Shown here piece by piece: positions 1 through 8,210 of a stretch of DNA of 63,145 nt. The position numbers and the translations under genes are program-made. Source of the stretch: SAR202 cluster bacterium (GTDB lineage: Bacteria > Chloroflexota > Dehalococcoidia > Lucifugimonadales > UBA826); NCBI GenBank assembly GCA_008373095.1, contig RQOP01000005.1, forward strand, positions 1-63,145. Reading direction: 5' to 3'. The notes under the pieces were generated by a model that saw only the letters and a program-made list of their open reading frames with translations, was not told the DNA's origin and did not search any database. Every line of letters begins with the position of its first letter. Positions within the stretch are counted from its first letter, which is position 1.

Positions 1-42
1 ATAACCGATTGGTCGCAGGTTCGATCCCTGCCGGGCCCACCA
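1..42 (+). tRNA. tRNA 3' portion (anticodon loop to CCA), anticodon NAT with first base cut off; most likely tRNA-Ile2(CAT)
   Basis: AT-AA anticodon loop remnant, CCGAT anticodon stem strand, GGTC variable loop, GCAGG-TTCGATC-CCTGC T-arm, CGGGCCC acceptor strand, discriminator A39, encoded CCA 40-42. Pattern resembles bacterial Ile2 tRNAs (CATAACCG..GGTCG.AGGTTCGA). Confidence 0.9.
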
Positions 43-64
43 TAATAAAAGGAACGACTCTAAT

Positions 65-601
65 TTGCCTAAATTGATGCTATTCGGTCTTGTCGCAATA
101 TTTACTGCTATTTTTATAATGCAGTGGCCGGATTCCAAGCAACTGGAAGCTCACGGAAACATGAAATATATTCATCATTCCACTGCTGGTGAATTTGATT
201 TAAAGGTAAGTCTAATTCCTCACCAGCCGATCACAGGATCCGTTCATTTTCATGTTGAACCAACTCTGATCTCAAATCAAGAACCCGTCGAAACCGCCAT
301 CATTACAGTGGTCATTCGGCAAGGAGAAGAAGCTTTTCAGTCACGGGCTGTAAATTCTCCCTCTTCCCCAACAATATATGATGCTAACTTAACGTTTGAA
401 ACTTCTGGAGAGTGGGAAGTAGAAGTAAAAATTTCTACCAAACCAGACGTTGAAGATAAAACCAAATTTCAACTAAATGTTTTGGACGGCGGGAGTGCCA
501 CAAGTAACGCAGCAGGAATATTTTTCCTATTTGTCTTTCTAGTGCTCATAGTTGGTTCATTAACTCTGTACCTAAAGTACGGCAGAAAAGCAAAAACTTG
601 A
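65..601 (+). CDS. Exported YtkA/FixH-like Ig-fold protein with C-terminal membrane anchor
   Basis: TTG start after AAGGA RBS; N-terminal hydrophobic segment; YDANLTFETSGEWEVEVKI is YtkA-like; C-terminal TM followed by basic tail. Confidence 0.55.
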   Translation: MPKLMLFGLVAIFTAIFIMQWPDSKQLEAHGNMKYIHHSTAGEFDLKVSLIPHQPITGSVHFHVEPTLISNQEPVETAIITVVIRQGEEAFQSRAVNSPSSPTIYDANLTFETSGEWEVEVKISTKPDVEDKTKFQLNVLDGGSATSNAAGIFFLFVFLVLIVGSLTLYLKYGRKAKT

Positions 602-604
602 CAA

Positions 605-982
605 TTAGGGAGTTAAATCCTTTATGTCTTCCAGCCATTTCATTCCATCATCTTCTATAAAAGATGCCTGTACCAAATCCCCTAAGGTCATATGTTGCCT
701 CAAGTGAGATGGCGTAAATTTACCTAAATCTTTATTTACATTTAAATCGTATTCTTCCCCATCTGATGTAATTATCGTAATACGACTAACCTGGGTAAAA
801 GATTTTGATTGAAAATCAATAATTGAACCTGAAACGTGAAAAACAAACTGGCTATCATTAAGCTCTGAGGGTTCTCCACAAGATGCTAAAAGGGCAAACA
901 ATAGAAATATTTTTAAATAAATATTTGCGGCAAATAATTTATGCATCTTGGCACACTTTGAATTTATGCGGGCAAAAACCAA
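605..982 (-). CDS. Hypothetical lipoprotein (true start possibly ATG 946)
   Basis: Lipobox-like LLASC followed by a small beta-rich domain. Confidence 0.55.
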   Translation of the reverse strand: MVFARINSKCAKMHKLFAANIYLKIFLLFALLASCGEPSELNDSQFVFHVSGSIIDFQSKSFTQVSRITIITSDGEEYDLNVNKDLGKFTPSHLRQHMTLGDLVQASFIEDDGMKWLEDIKDLTP

Positions 983-1016
983 TCACTAAACAGGTTCGGC
1001 AAAATTGATACTCAAT

Positions 1017-1047
1017 TTAGATTGAACCTTTTGCAAGTTCAATCTAA
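1017..1047. promoter_or_regulatory. Perfect 11-bp inverted repeat in divergent intergenic region
   Basis: TTAGATTGAAC (1017-1027), 9-nt spacer, GTTCAATCTAA (1037-1047). Confidence 0.5.
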
Positions 1048-1144
1048 CATAAAATCTTATAAAGTTAGAACATAATTTTTATACAAATCTGAAAAATTTT
1101 ACTCTGTCGAAAGTCATTGGATATCTAAACCTGAGAAGTGCTTC

Positions 1145-3277
1145 ATGAATACAACAAATAAATTGGTATTCAGCTCCATCATCCTAGCATCTTTTTTATT
1201 TCTAACCCTTACCAGCGTTGCGCAAGTATTTGCAGATGAGGAATTGGACAATAGAGTTGTCATTTTGGGAATAGATATAAAGTCCATAAGTTCAAACCAA
1301 TATCATGCTGACCAGATAGATACAGTAATTGGTCTGATGTCGACCATTAATAAAGGCGATGACTTTTATTTCATGCCGATGGATGCACCGAACAACTATA
1401 TCGGTCCTTACCGAGCAGGTAATAACGATTTCGGAGAATTCACTGAACAAATTCGCCAAACAATTTCGAATTCTGAAAGTAACACCACTCTAGGAATAGA
1501 AGTTGATCAAACTCTCGGAGAGTCTTATGGACTTCTGGATATGGAAAGTGCTCCACCCGGTTCAGGGATCTACCTTATCAGTACCAACAATTACCCAAAC
1601 CAACAAGAATACATCAGCAATAGAATCGACCCAGTCTTAGACCTATTTTTTGGAAGACAATGGCATGTATCCAGTTTCTCACTATCGGGCATCCCTGGGT
1701 CGACTGCTCAAGTGTCTAAAACATTGGCAAGCTCTACTGGTGGAAACATATTTGAACTCAACAACATTTCCGGTCTCAAATTATTCACAGACCACCTGCT
1801 GTACAAAGACAACAGAGGCACATTGATTTCTTCAGGCGAAAAGAAACTCACCTTTAGCGATCTACTTATATCAGACATAGAGGTCCTGCCCGGTACTGAA
1901 TACGTAATGGCTTTATTCTTTCGAGATAATAATGCTGGCTCTTTAAGGTTAAAAAACCCTGACGGGTTGGAAGCATCCACAGGGGACAGGTCCTCCTCTA
2001 CAGTTGTTGAGACCCCGAATGCCGTGATCTGGATAATAAATGAACCAACCCCAGGCATATGGAATGTGGACGTAACCGGAATAAGTGGACAGGTGTCTTC
2101 CTGGTATTTGACATCAAACAAATATAATCTCAATTTCCAGGTACCCGAAGTTGTTCCTACTGACGAGGCAGCTACTATCTCAGCCTTCATAACAGAAGCC
2201 CAATCTCTCACATTGATGACTGATGGGGCCTCAATGACTGCAGAAGTTAAAACCCCATTAGACACATCTGTAATGTACAAACTCAAAGACGACGGAACTG
2301 ATGGTGATCTAGCATCTGGGGATGGTTATTATTCAGCTAATATTCCGGCACCTCTTGAAGAGGGAAAGTATGGAGTATCTGTCCAACTAAGCTGGCCAAA
2401 TATTAATTACAATCTTACTCGTGATTTCATATTCGAAGCCCAAGTTTTTCCATCAATTGAAATGATTCCACTCTACACGACAAATTTATTTGTAGGAGAG
2501 GAATACACTGTGGCCACTTTATACGTCAAAGTGAAGGATGCACCATACGCAGTTTTACCATCGTTGATAGCGCCCCAAGTCACGAATGATTCGCAATTTG
2601 ATGGGATTTTAAAAATTAACCCTCGTACCCCGGATGCGGATGGGAAAGCTTGGATGTATGATGTGATTTTTGCTCCAACGGAGCCAGGCCAGATTTCTAC
2701 TATCTTCAACATTCAATTGGATTATGCCGATAGAAGCTATTCAAGAGCAACAGATAACCTAGTCTTGGAGTCTAAGTTGATACCACAGGCACCGGCCCAA
2801 CGATATTCACCTCAGCCACCTCAGGCACCAACCGCCACGCCGGCCGATTCCAACAATTCTTCCGAAACAAATATACCATTGGGGCTTATTATTCCCGTAT
2901 CGATTGTAATTTTATTGATTGCTATAGTCGCCATATACAGAAATTCGTTGCCGAAGCCGTATGGCTTCATAAGTGACGAATCTGGAAATCAGGCGCTGAA
3001 TTTTAACAAATTACCCAATACAAACTTGTTTAAATCAATTTTTGCCCGCCATATTGTCACAGGCCCAGAAACTGGTTTGGAAGAATTTTCAGGATGCAAC
3101 TTCACTTTTGGAAAAGGCACCCTTTTGGTAACAGCCACAAGTGCTAGTCATACAATTAGAATAAATAACCACCCACTGGTCGGCTCAGCATACATATCAG
3201 ATGGAACATGGATCGGAGCAACGGGAAAACTGTTTCGATTTACCCTTGACCGTACATACCCGGATCAAATTTCTTAG
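1145..3277 (+). CDS. Membrane-anchored surface protein: degenerate vWA-like domain, choice-of-anchor-X-like module, Pro-rich linker, TM, cytoplasmic FHA-like tail
   Basis: Signal peptide; VVILGIDIKSISS (degenerate MIDAS); LKDDGTDGDLASGDGYYSA motif; PQAPAQRYSPQPPQAP linker; TM IPVSIVILLIAIVAIY; C-terminal IRINNHPL..ISDGTWIG. Confidence 0.6.
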   Translation: MNTTNKLVFSSIILASFLFLTLTSVAQVFADEELDNRVVILGIDIKSISSNQYHADQIDTVIGLMSTINKGDDFYFMPMDAPNNYIGPYRAGNNDFGEFTEQIRQTISNSESNTTLGIEVDQTLGESYGLLDMESAPPGSGIYLISTNNYPNQQEYISNRIDPVLDLFFGRQWHVSSFSLSGIPGSTAQVSKTLASSTGGNIFELNNISGLKLFTDHLLYKDNRGTLISSGEKKLTFSDLLISDIEVLPGTEYVMALFFRDNNAGSLRLKNPDGLEASTGDRSSSTVVETPNAVIWIINEPTPGIWNVDVTGISGQVSSWYLTSNKYNLNFQVPEVVPTDEAATISAFITEAQSLTLMTDGASMTAEVKTPLDTSVMYKLKDDGTDGDLASGDGYYSANIPAPLEEGKYGVSVQLSWPNINYNLTRDFIFEAQVFPSIEMIPLYTTNLFVGEEYTVATLYVKVKDAPYAVLPSLIAPQVTNDSQFDGILKINPRTPDADGKAWMYDVIFAPTEPGQISTIFNIQLDYADRSYSRATDNLVLESKLIPQAPAQRYSPQPPQAPTATPADSNNSSETNIPLGLIIPVSIVILLIAIVAIYRNSLPKPYGFISDESGNQALNFNKLPNTNLFKSIFARHIVTGPETGLEEFSGCNFTFGKGTLLVTATSASHTIRINNHPLVGSAYISDGTWIGATGKLFRFTLDRTYPDQIS

Positions 3278-3948
3278 TCCGATTTAATTGTAATTGTCTT
3301 TATGGCATCACCAGGCTTATTAGCAGTGCTTGGATCTCTTCGAGATATACTATTCACAACATCCATACCATTAATAACTTTTCCAAAAACTGAATGGCAT
3401 GAGTCCGATGAACAATCCTTAGGTTTATCACTGGAGTCAAATCCATCCAAAAATTCGGTGGGTGTAAATGTTATGAAAAATTGGCTTCCGTTAGTTCCTT
3501 TCCCGTTGATTAATCCTTTGTTTGCCATAGAAAGAACTCCAGCTGAGTCATGCCGTGCATCTACGTGCAACTCATTATCAAAATAGTATCCAGGGCTTCC
3601 GCTACCAGTACCAGAAGGATCCCCTCCCTGTGCCATAAAATTATCAATCACTCTATGAAAGGTAGTACTATCGTAATAACCTTCTCTGGCTAAAAATACG
3701 AAATTATTTACTGTTTTTGGTGCCAGTTTTTCATATAAATCAACAGTGAATTTATCTCCACTCTCCATTTCAAAAACAGCTGAAAAATCATTCGCTGAAT
3801 CGATAGAAAAAGGAGGAGGGCTATCGTATGTTTTGGATCTTGGTTCACCGGAACTATCGGTAGTAGTTTCACATGAAAGATAGATGAGAAAGAAAGCCAT
3901 CAGAACCAATAATGTAATTGGTGTTGCAATCGGTATCGAAAATCTCAT
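3274..3948 (-). CDS. Cyclophilin-type peptidyl-prolyl cis-trans isomerase with N-terminal membrane/lipoprotein anchor
   Basis: APKTVNNFVFLAREGYYDSTTFHRVIDNFMAQGGDP, GVLSMAN, GSQFFIT, HSVFGKV motifs. Confidence 0.95.
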   Translation of the reverse strand: MRFSIPIATPITLLVLMAFFLIYLSCETTTDSSGEPRSKTYDSPPPFSIDSANDFSAVFEMESGDKFTVDLYEKLAPKTVNNFVFLAREGYYDSTTFHRVIDNFMAQGGDPSGTGSGSPGYYFDNELHVDARHDSAGVLSMANKGLINGKGTNGSQFFITFTPTEFLDGFDSSDKPKDCSSDSCHSVFGKVINGMDVVNSISRRDPSTANKPGDAIKTITIKSD

Positions 3949-3972
3949 ATCAGATATTCCTTATCCTGTGAA

Positions 3973-4401
3973 TTAACCCGTTATATCTTTGATAGCTTTG
4001 ATGGCTATGTAATATCCGTATAGGCCAAACCCCGTAATCACACCTCTGCAAGAAGGGGCTATTTGGGAGGCATTCCCTCTAGCTGCAGGATTAGAAATGT
4101 GAACTTCTATTGTGGGGTACTCAACCTGAGAAATAGCTGCCGCCAAGGCAGGGTGTCCAGCTGAATATCCAGCAGGATTTATGATCGCAGCATCATATCC
4201 ATCCTCATGTGCCTGGTAAAATTTATTGATGACTTCACCTTCTATATTTGAATGGTAAATATCCACTTCAACGCCTAATTGATCAGCATATTTTTCTATT
4301 TGATTGCTGTAATCATCCATGGTGTCGCTACCAAAAATCTCCACTTGCGATTTCCCTCGCATATTTATACCAGCACCATGAACAACCAATACTTTAGTCA
4401 T
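3973..4401 (-). CDS. aroQ: Type II 3-dehydroquinate dehydratase-like protein, divergent active site
   Basis: SNIEGEVIN, INPAG, IEVHISN, GVITGFG match AroQ; lid loop reads HGAGINMRGKSQVEIFG instead of NGPNLNLLGxREPxxYG. Confidence 0.8.
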   Translation of the reverse strand: MTKVLVVHGAGINMRGKSQVEIFGSDTMDDYSNQIEKYADQLGVEVDIYHSNIEGEVINKFYQAHEDGYDAAIINPAGYSAGHPALAAAISQVEYPTIEVHISNPAARGNASQIAPSCRGVITGFGLYGYYIAIKAIKDITG

Positions 4402-4461
4402 CAATTTATCTCCGCATGAACTTTTATTTCACAGATTCAGAATTTTAGCATAGGAATAAAA

Positions 4462-6837
4462 TCAAATCTCAAGCGAGGACAAAGCAGCGTTTACAATGGT
4501 GGACACATCAGTACCATATTCCCTGTAAAGATCTTCCCTACTACCAGATTGGCCCCAATCATCAACCCCCAAAGATATTGTTCTACTCCCAATAGCGCCT
4601 CCCACCCAGGAAAGCGAATGAGGATGAGCATCTGCTAAGGTCAAAATCGGTGCTCCCGTAATATGACCGGGGAGAAGTGAAGCTATGTCCTCTGACAAAC
4701 CATACCCTTTCTCAACTGATTCTTTCACTAAATTTCTGTAGTGACGATACAACGGTCCAGGACCCGTCACATTAATAACATTCGCTTGCACGCCTTCATT
4801 AAAAAGAATATCACTTGCTTCACAAGCTTCAGGAATCATCGCCCCGACGCTGACAATATTTATGCCAGCACCATTTTCGCTCTGAAATGAACCTGATGTA
4901 CGGTCACGAAGACAATAAGCTCCTCTTAGAACCTGCAATCTTAATGATTCAAGTTGGACTGGGTCCGACGGTAACGCCAACAAATTCTGATCAACCGGTT
5001 TACTCGTCAGTCTCAGATATGTCGACTGACCTCTTTTCCTAATCTGGTGTAGAGCTGACAACATAATCCATTCTAATTCCTGACCAAAACAGGGCTCGTA
5101 GGCATCCAACTGAGGCATTTCAACTCCTATGGAAGCTGTCATCATAGATTGATGTGCTCCCCCTTCAGGGGCCAAACTTAAACCAGATGGAGTCCCTACC
5201 ACGATGAACTTGGCACCTGAATATACGCTATACACGAATGCATCTAAGCCTCGTCTAATAAAAGGATCATACAAAGTACCAATGGGAAACAGCATCTCTC
5301 CATTCATTTCATAAGAAAGGCCAAGTTGACCAAGCATCATAAACAAATTGTTTTCAGAAATACCTAGTTCAATGTGTTGTCCATTTCTTGATTCTTCCCA
5401 TTTCAAAGCTCGCACAATTTCTTCTTCTGGGAGGCTTTCATTTTCATTAAGTTTCCAAACGCCCACCCTGTTGATCCATCCTCCCAAATTCGTAGAGCTC
5501 GCGACATCGGGGCTGACGCTGACAATTCTCCTAGACAAATCCCCCAGGCTTCTAGACATATCGGTCAAAACTAACCCGAAAATTTGTTGGGTGGACATAT
5601 AACCTGAATATCGCCTACCGAAGTCCCACGGGATCTCTTCATTTGGTGGCGGGGTGACCACTTCAGGTCTATCTAATTTTTCGGCGGTTGCCTCAAGAAA
5701 TCTACTTTCATCCGACTCGTCATCAAACCCACCCCATATATTTTCTTTTTCAATAGTCAAATTTTTCCTGAGTTCCTCCATTTGACTATCAGATAATATG
5801 ACTGAATGGTTTTGTGGATCCCCTACCGAGGGAAGCCTATATCCTTTCAAGGTATATGCAAATACAACGCTAGGGGCATCTGTTTTGTCGGTCTCCTGAA
5901 AAGCGTTTCGAAGAGTGGAGAAATCATGCCCTCCCATATTATGAAACAGGCGATTCAATTCATCATCACCATAATTTGATATAAACCTCTTCATATCATC
6001 GGGATAGGCAGTATAGGTGGGGAGCCATGTCCGTAATTCTTCAACGTTAACTCTTAAGAGTCGTTGATAAACTTGGTTGCTCATATTGTCTATGGCCTCT
6101 CTTAGCATTTCCCCTTTTGGTAAAAGAAAGGCCTCTTCCAGCAAAGCTCCATATTTGGCCTCAACCACATGCCATCCATTGGCTACAAACATTTCTTTCC
6201 ATGCGCCAACTCTTATGCCTGGAATTACTCGATCAAGGCTCTGTCGATTCAGGTCAACAACCCATAATATCTCGGTGGCATCCTGCATAGCCGGTTCGGC
6301 AATAGCCTCCCACACTGACCCTTCATCTAATTCTGCATCCCCAACTATCGATATATATCTTCCATTCGGATGATCTCCATGGCTGTGAGAGTTATTGTAG
6401 GATCGAACAATTGAAGCAAAATTGGGAGCCACGGGCCCAAGACCTACAGATCCAGTGGAGAAATCAACAGCGTCCGGATCTTTTGTCCTACTAGGGTATG
6501 CTTGGAGACCATGGTGAGCCCTCAATTCAGTCAAATATGACGGATCTAAATTACCCAGAAGGTATTGAATAGCATGGAAAACAGGAGACCCATGCGGCTT
6601 TACAGAAATCCGGTCCTGGTTATTCATGAAATCAAAATACAAAGACGTCATCAATGTAACAATGGAGGCGCTAGAAGCTTGATGGCCACCGACTTTCGTA
6701 CCATCCGGATTTTTCCGAATATTATTGGCATGATGTACCAGTTGCATCGCAACCCATAGAACACGATCTTGTATCGTCTCCAAAAGTTGAATAGAAGGTT
6801 GGGCCTCAGTTTTAACTGAACCAGTATCAATTTCCAC
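4462..6837 (-). CDS. ThDP-dependent AceE-like (homodimeric pyruvate dehydrogenase E1/transketolase family) enzyme
   Basis: KVGGHQASSAS, STGSVGLG, GDAELDEG..LNRQSLD ThDP motif, HIELGISENN, EGGAHQS; GTG start with GAGGTGG RBS. Confidence 0.9.
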   Translation of the reverse strand: MEIDTGSVKTEAQPSIQLLETIQDRVLWVAMQLVHHANNIRKNPDGTKVGGHQASSASIVTLMTSLYFDFMNNQDRISVKPHGSPVFHAIQYLLGNLDPSYLTELRAHHGLQAYPSRTKDPDAVDFSTGSVGLGPVAPNFASIVRSYNNSHSHGDHPNGRYISIVGDAELDEGSVWEAIAEPAMQDATEILWVVDLNRQSLDRVIPGIRVGAWKEMFVANGWHVVEAKYGALLEEAFLLPKGEMLREAIDNMSNQVYQRLLRVNVEELRTWLPTYTAYPDDMKRFISNYGDDELNRLFHNMGGHDFSTLRNAFQETDKTDAPSVVFAYTLKGYRLPSVGDPQNHSVILSDSQMEELRKNLTIEKENIWGGFDDESDESRFLEATAEKLDRPEVVTPPPNEEIPWDFGRRYSGYMSTQQIFGLVLTDMSRSLGDLSRRIVSVSPDVASSTNLGGWINRVGVWKLNENESLPEEEIVRALKWEESRNGQHIELGISENNLFMMLGQLGLSYEMNGEMLFPIGTLYDPFIRRGLDAFVYSVYSGAKFIVVGTPSGLSLAPEGGAHQSMMTASIGVEMPQLDAYEPCFGQELEWIMLSALHQIRKRGQSTYLRLTSKPVDQNLLALPSDPVQLESLRLQVLRGAYCLRDRTSGSFQSENGAGINIVSVGAMIPEACEASDILFNEGVQANVINVTGPGPLYRHYRNLVKESVEKGYGLSEDIASLLPGHITGAPILTLADAHPHSLSWVGGAIGSRTISLGVDDWGQSGSREDLYREYGTDVSTIVNAALSSLEI

Positions 6838-6917
6838 TAATCACCACCTCGAAAATACCTCGAAAATGCTTCATCACAGAGTATAGCACTCACGATACAA
6901 TATAGTACCTATGGTAA

Positions 6918-7697
6918 TTATTTGATGTATCTGGCTATCCAATCCAAACCATCAACTGTAGAACCTGCTGGCACATATTCACATCCTATCCATCCTTGGT
7001 AGCCAAGACCGTCAATAAAATCGAATAAATATTCGTAATTTATTTCCCCTGTCCCTGGTTCATGTCTACCTGGATTATCCGCCAATTGCATATGGCTTAT
7101 TAAATGCAAATTTGACTCTATCGTCCGAGCTAAATCACCTTCGCTGATCTGCATGTGATATATATCGTGTTGTAAATAGAGATTGTCTGAGCTCACCAAA
7201 TTTATTAATTCTGTAGCTTGGTTTGTTCGATTTAAGAAAAATCCTGGGATATCTATTGTATTAATACTCTCTATAATGAGCTTCACTCCTGCCTCTTCCA
7301 TAATTGGCGCTGCATATCGGAGGTTGGCTATGAAAGTATCTTGGGCGGTTTGTTCCGATACTGATGCTGGCTTTATGCCCGCTAGACAATTCACCTGTGG
7401 ACAACCCAAAGCCGAAGCATATTCAGCCGCCAGCCCAACACCCTCTCTAAATTCATTGATTCTGTCTGGATGACAGGCAATTCCTCTTTCTCCTGCATTC
7501 CAATCACCGGCAGGAAGGTTGTGTAAGACTTGCAACAAATCATTTTCACCTAACAAGTTTACCAATTGCTCTTTAGAATAATCATAGGGAAACAAATACT
7601 CCACGGCCTTAAAGCCTGTGTCAGCAGCGGCCTTAAACCGCTCAGTAAAATCTACTTCATTGAACATCATGCTCAGGTTCGCTGCAAAATTTGGCAT
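6918..7697 (-). CDS. hyi: Hydroxypyruvate isomerase family
   Basis: FAANLSMMF, AVEYLFPY, IESIN..DIPGF, DIYHMQ, HMQLADNPGRHEPGTGEINY, WIGCEY. Confidence 0.9.
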   Translation of the reverse strand: MPNFAANLSMMFNEVDFTERFKAAADTGFKAVEYLFPYDYSKEQLVNLLGENDLLQVLHNLPAGDWNAGERGIACHPDRINEFREGVGLAAEYASALGCPQVNCLAGIKPASVSEQTAQDTFIANLRYAAPIMEEAGVKLIIESINTIDIPGFFLNRTNQATELINLVSSDNLYLQHDIYHMQISEGDLARTIESNLHLISHMQLADNPGRHEPGTGEINYEYLFDFIDGLGYQGWIGCEYVPAGSTVDGLDWIARYIK

Positions 7698-7803
7698 TTT
7701 TACTCCTTCCCCAATCTTTTTAGTTCCTAGATTGTATATCTGTTTTACAACATAAACACTATATAGCGATCCGCACTATAAACATCTTTAAAAGTATCAA
7801 CCA

Positions 7804-7812
7804 TGATAGAAT
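7804..7812 (+). promoter_or_regulatory. Extended -10 promoter of ssrA
   Basis: TG-A-TAGAAT 12 nt upstream of the mature tmRNA 5' end. Confidence 0.55.
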
Positions 7813-7824
7813 TCCTACCCACAT

Positions 7825-8173
7825 GGGGACGCGCGGATTCGACAGGGGATGTCACCGCGGGATTGCAGGTCGGGGCGCCTTCCTCCTCGTTAACAAGATG
7901 GCAAAAAAGTAACTGGCAATAAAGAGCTAGCACTAGCCGCTTAAGCGGCTACGTCCTTCACGTCCGATCCCCGAAGGTAGTGAAAGGGCGACAATAGACG
8001 GGGTGCAGTCAGTTAAATGCCGATATATCTGACTAAAGACAATCGGCTAGTCTGTTTCAAGCGCTAGCCGGTCGGGGCTTGAGCAGTCGAACTTAATGAT
8101 CGGATAAGCCTGTAGTATATCCCGGTCGGGGTGTCTTCTGGACGGGGAGTTCGACCCTCCCCCGTCTCCACCA
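7825..8173 (+). ncRNA. ssrA: tmRNA (one-piece)
   Basis: 5' GGGGACG pairs with 3' CGTCTCC-A-CCA including the G3:U alanine determinant; GGATTCGAC near the 5' end; TTCGA T-arm at 3' end; tag frame 7915-7944 GGC AAT AAA GAG CTA GCA CTA GCC GCT TAA = GNKELALAA* after TAACT. Confidence 0.97.
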
Positions 8174-8210
8174 TTTAAACCCAAAAAACAGTTAACCGAT
8201 TGCAACCAAG

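Noticed and set aside
1067-1080. LexA (GAAC-N4-GTTC) boxes near 1067, 36421 and 40424
   Set aside because: Each has two or more mismatches in the core.
1708-2286. Long antisense ORFs (e.g. 1708-2286, 8998-9546, 18284-18748, 21962-22540, 26135-26506)
   Set aside because: They lie opposite well-supported genes, have no motifs, and are typical shadow frames.
1-8173. tRNA and tmRNA as integration sites for a genomic island
   Set aside because: No integrase or recombinase in the window, and I saw no duplicated 3' tRNA/tmRNA fragment (by eye only).
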